Source: Lama glama (Eukaryota). Taken from it: a stretch of 64,000 nt of DNA. The notes under the pieces were generated by a model, which was given only the letters and a program-made list of their open reading frames with translations, was not told the origin of the DNA and searched no databases. Location: positions 40,674,001-40,738,000 of the forward strand of contig CM052817.1 in NCBI GenBank assembly GCA_028534125.1, in the 5' to 3' direction. How positions within the stretch are numbered: the first letter of the stretch is position 1; each line of letters begins with the position of its first letter. Positions 59,985 to 64,000 of the stretch are shown here, in pieces. A program made the position numbers and the translations under genes.

Positions 59985-61230
59985 ATATTGAGAGCTTTCT
60001 CCTTTCTTTTTACTGCAGCATTGTACTCCATTTTGTGAATGTACTATAGTTTATTCAAGCAGTTCCCTATAGTTGGGCATTTAAGTTGTTTCTAGTCTTT
60101 CACTATTACAAGAAATGCTGCAGTAAATGGTGTCATGCCTACATCATTTTATTTTTTTGCTAGTGTATTTTTGGTAGGATTCCTAGATGTAAGATTGCTG
60201 GGTCATTGGGTAAGTGTGTATGTAATCTATCCAGATATTGCCCAATTCCCCTCCCTAGGTATTGCTCTATTTTTCATTTCCTACAGCAAGGTATGGGAGA
60301 GCATGTTTTTCCATAATCTCATTGTAGAGCATATTGTTAAATATTTGGAATTTTGTCCATATATTTAAGAGGCATTTGCTTTTCTTTTTCTGTGAATTAT
60401 ATCATTAATTCATTTTCTATAGGTATTTCCAGCCTCTAGAATCATTAAGACCTCATTCTATATTAGAGATGTTAATACTTTATGAGTAATATGTTGCAAA
60501 CCTCCCTCCCTCAGTTTGTGTTTGTCTTTTGATTTTGCGTATGTTATTTTTTTTATACAAAAGTTGCTATTTTTATGTGGTTGCATTTATCCCTTTTCCT
60601 TTATTGCTTCTGGATTTTTACATTGAAGGAAAGTTTTCCCCATTTCCAGGTTATGAAAGAATGACTCATGTTTTCTCCTAATACCTATATATGTGTGTGT
60701 GTATGTATGTATTAAACATTTAGATCCATTTAGTTTCTATTCTTGCATATAGTGTGAGAAACAGTTTTATTTATTTTTCTGCATAACTTAACAGCTTTCC
60801 ATCAGACAGTTCATTTTTTTCTGCACTGATTTGAGATTCTGCTTTTGTAACATCCTAAACTCCCATGTTCTGTTTGGTGTGTTTTTGGGTTTTCATTTGT
60901 TTTCCTGCTGCTCTATCAACTCATGTGCCTACACTGAAGTCTTTATGTTTTAATATCTACTAAGGCTGTCCTCTCTGCTCCACTGTTTTGTTTTGTTTTT
61001 AATGTTTCCTTGGATGTTCTTGCTTGTTTGTTCTTTCAAATAAAATAATCAACTTATCTAGCTCTGGGGAAAGAACAGTATATATTTTTATTGAGATTAT
61101 GTTAAAGTCACTTAGGGAGAACTGGCATTTTCACGATGCTGAATTTTCCTATTAAGAAATGCAGTGTCTCTCCACGTATTCAAGCCCATCTCTGTGTCTT
61201 TCAGGAGTATTTTATAGTCTCTATAACTTC
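59985..61230 (-). mobile_element. Old antisense L1M (L1MC-like)
   Basis: gttgggcatttaagttgtttctag...attgctgggtca...atgttgcaaac...tatagtgtgaga. Confidence 0.65.
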
Positions 61231-61389
61231 GGCTATCATATCACGTAAAGAGTAAGGCTGTCCTTCTCCCATTCCCACGCAACTTCCAAGCACATACATG
61301 TTTTGAAATGCATCCTCTCACTTTTGCTGCCATGATCATCTAAACCCGATTCTACCTTTCTGAGAATTGGGGATGTAGGGAGAAGAATT

Positions 61390-61600
61390 GCACGTGGAGT
61401 GGTAAGAGTATGGGCTTTGGAGCTGGGTTGCCTTTGTTCTGAATTTGGCATCATCACTTATCAGCTCTGTGAGCATGGGCAAGTCTGCATTGGCAAAAGA
61501 GATTTTCACCTTTTATAGTAATAAGGGCCGAAAGAGAGAACACATGTAAAGCAACTAACATTACAGTGCCTGGCATGAGTAAGAGCTCATTTTCAATGGT
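61390..61600 (+). mobile_element. MIR
   Basis: gtggtaagagtatgggctttggagc...catgtaaagc...acagtgcctggcatgagtaagagctca. Confidence 0.75.
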
Positions 61601-63106
61601 AGCTGATCCTTGTTGGCACTAAATCATCATCCCAGTAACTCTCCTGGTCATGAACAATTTCCAGTATGGGACTGAAAACCGTATCACTGGCCTTCCATGT
61701 GTTTGAAAAGGGGTTTCGTACACTGCATATGTATTTTAAAAAATAAATCCATCTATCTTCTATGTTAATTTCGTTGGTGCCTGGCAATACCGTGCTGTTT
61801 TGAGGTTTTCCTTTTTTCCCCATAAGTTGGCATTTTTTTCAGACTTTCTATTTTGTCTCCTTTTTTTTACAAAATGCTGGAATAACCTGCAAGTTGTGGC
61901 AGAGGCTTTGCTCATCTGAACAGTGATGGATCATCTTTTCGGGAAGCCATCCATCCACAGCAGCTAACAAGAATATGGAGTGGGGCAGAAGTGGGAGGGG
62001 GTCCGAAGGTCACTTTACTTGGTTCACTGAGTACTTGCTGGGAACCCTTTTGATTGATGTTGTGGAAATTTCTGCTGACTGCATCACTATTTCAGGACAG
62101 GGTTGACTTGCATTCCTCGAGCTGATGTGTGATTTTAGTTGAGAATCAGCATTTTAAACTTTTGAAGAGCAACATTAATTGAGCAGCCACTGTCTACTGA
62201 GCACTATGCAACAGAGTTAAAAGTAAGTAGAAGGATCAGTGATGGGCTGTTCCAGACTAGGGGGTGGGGTTAGGCATGGCCCTGCTCTAGGGACATGGAC
62301 CCATCTGGCTGATCAGTTTATAGACTGGAGGAAGGTGGGCTGACCTTGGTGAGTGCGGGGCTGGAAGTGCTGGTTCACCAGGGGAGAGTCATCACAGGGA
62401 AACCAAGGTCGGGAGCATGAATGAAGTTCGGATCCTTCACTGGAGAACAGGGAATGAAGTTTGGTGCTGTGGCCAACAGAGCAAGAAGAGGCAGTCTGCA
62501 GTCTGAAAAGCTTGGCTGAAGCTGTGGAAACCGAGCAGATGGTGGGACAGGAGTTAGGCCAAGCTCAGAGGCAGGTAGCCAGTGTTTCTCTTGGGAGTGG
62601 GTTGTGATGACAGGGTGTGAGGTGCAGTGCCACCTTTTTCAAAGGGCAGCACAGGACTTCCTTGGAGTCAAGCCATTAAGGAGCCGTCCCTCATCTTAAA
62701 GGGACCCTGTCATCAGGGTCAAAGAGCATCGGAGGGTGGGGCGAACAGTCTTCATACGCTCTAAGTGAGCCTGCTGTACACGGCAGGGACAGAACCGTAA
62801 TAATAACAATAGCACCTTCATTTATTTAGTGCTGTTAATACTTTAGAGTGCTTTCTCCTCTTCTACTGCACATGCATAAAGTGGTACCCTTCCCCTGTGA
62901 AGATAAGACCAATGGCTTCCCACTAACTCTGTCCTTGGCGTTGTTTTCCCAGAAGTGTTTATGGGCTTGAGTTTATTAAACCACACTTCCTGGTCTCCTG
63001 GTAACCTATAGGAGTTAGAGGTGTCAGAGTGAAACTGTGTATTGTCTGTGTACTCACACTTCTGTGAATCTGCATAGACACGTTCATTTATTCAAGTAAA
63101 ATTTCT

Positions 63107-63409
63107 TTCTTTTATTATTTCTTTTTTTATTAAAATGTAGTCAATTTACAGTGTTAGTTTCAGGTATACAGCAAAGGGATTCAGTTATACATATACATAC
63201 ATACATAGATATATGTATGTATTTTTAGTTTCTTTTCCATTATAGCTCATTACAAGAAATTGAATTAAGTTCCTTGTGCTACACAGTAGGTCCTTGTTGT
63301 TTATCTATTTTATGTATAGTAATGTGAATCTGTTAATCCCAAACTCCTAATCTATCCCTCCCTCTATCCTGTCCCACCTGGTAACCCCAGTTTGTTTTCT
63401 TTGTCCTTG
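63107..63409 (-). mobile_element. Young L1 3' end inserted in an L2 tail
   Basis: gtcaatttacagtgttagtttcaggtatacagcaaag.... Probable TSD tcaagtaaaatttct 63092-63106 / tcaactaaaaattct 63410-63424. Confidence 0.85.
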
Positions 63410-64000
63410 TCAACTAAAAATTCTATTGTGCACCCACTAGGTAGCAGGTAGTGCTTTGGTGCTATAGATTTACAACTATCTCTCTGTAAGAGATATGTCT
63501 CTACGTTTATTATCCTAAAATATCACCTCTTATCCAGAGGTCAGACTGATGGCAGCCTCAACCACTCAGAACATAAATTGGAAAAAGGCAATGAGAGAGG
63601 CTTGAAGGTGCAAACTGCTGAAGACTTCATTCCGCAGGAGAGACAGAACTGCCTCAGGCAGCTGCTCAGAACAACTATGTGTATAACGCGGCAGATGATC
63701 GCAGCAGGACTCACTGACCGCAGGAGAAATGATAGCTGACAGCAGAGGGAGGAGACAGACGAACTCTGGAGAGTGGAATAATTTCTTTTGACTTCTCCCT
63801 CATTCTTCAGTACAATGATCTGAGCCATTTAGTTTAGGAGGAAACAACCACAAGAGCTACAGTAAACTTTGAGAGCAGTACTGCAGTAAATAGCACCATA
63901 ATTGATGTTCATAATGCTACTAGCTCAAATTTGCATAGCTTTTCTTTTTTCTTAAACACAATTCATCACATTATGTGTAACATTACATTAAGTCAACACA

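Overview
Mammalian genomic DNA, most likely a camelid. The basis for that call is three copies of a tRNA-Ala-derived SINE resembling the tylopod vic-1 family; I saw no Alu, B1/B2, Bov-tA/BovB or PRE1 elements. I found no credible protein-coding exon, rRNA or true tRNA gene. The ORF track is explained by L1 ORF2 or ERVL pol remnants, LTRs, low-complexity sequence or chance. The window is a mosaic of old repeats (MIR, L2, L3/CR1, L1M, MLT1, LTR16, MER5/20/21/53/58/119) and younger TSD-flanked L1 3' ends, SINEs and an ERV1-type solo LTR, separated by unique non-coding islands. Most young retroposons lie on the minus strand, which suggests a deep intron of a large gene transcribed on +; I cannot identify the gene. 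I found no new multi-gene system. The best observations are: a complete U6 snRNA-L1 chimera with a 15-bp TSD; a near-perfect MER53 hairpin carrying a miR-1302-like sequence and an apparently compensatory base pair; an orphan polyadenylated retroposed fragment with TSD; two L1 insertions at the same nick site; twin-priming inversions; short candidate 3' transductions; a C/D-box snoRNA-like motif set; and an IRF/NF-kB/ETS/TATA/Inr cluster. Repeat family names come from recalled consensus sequences, not a database search, and the boundaries of old repeats are approximate.
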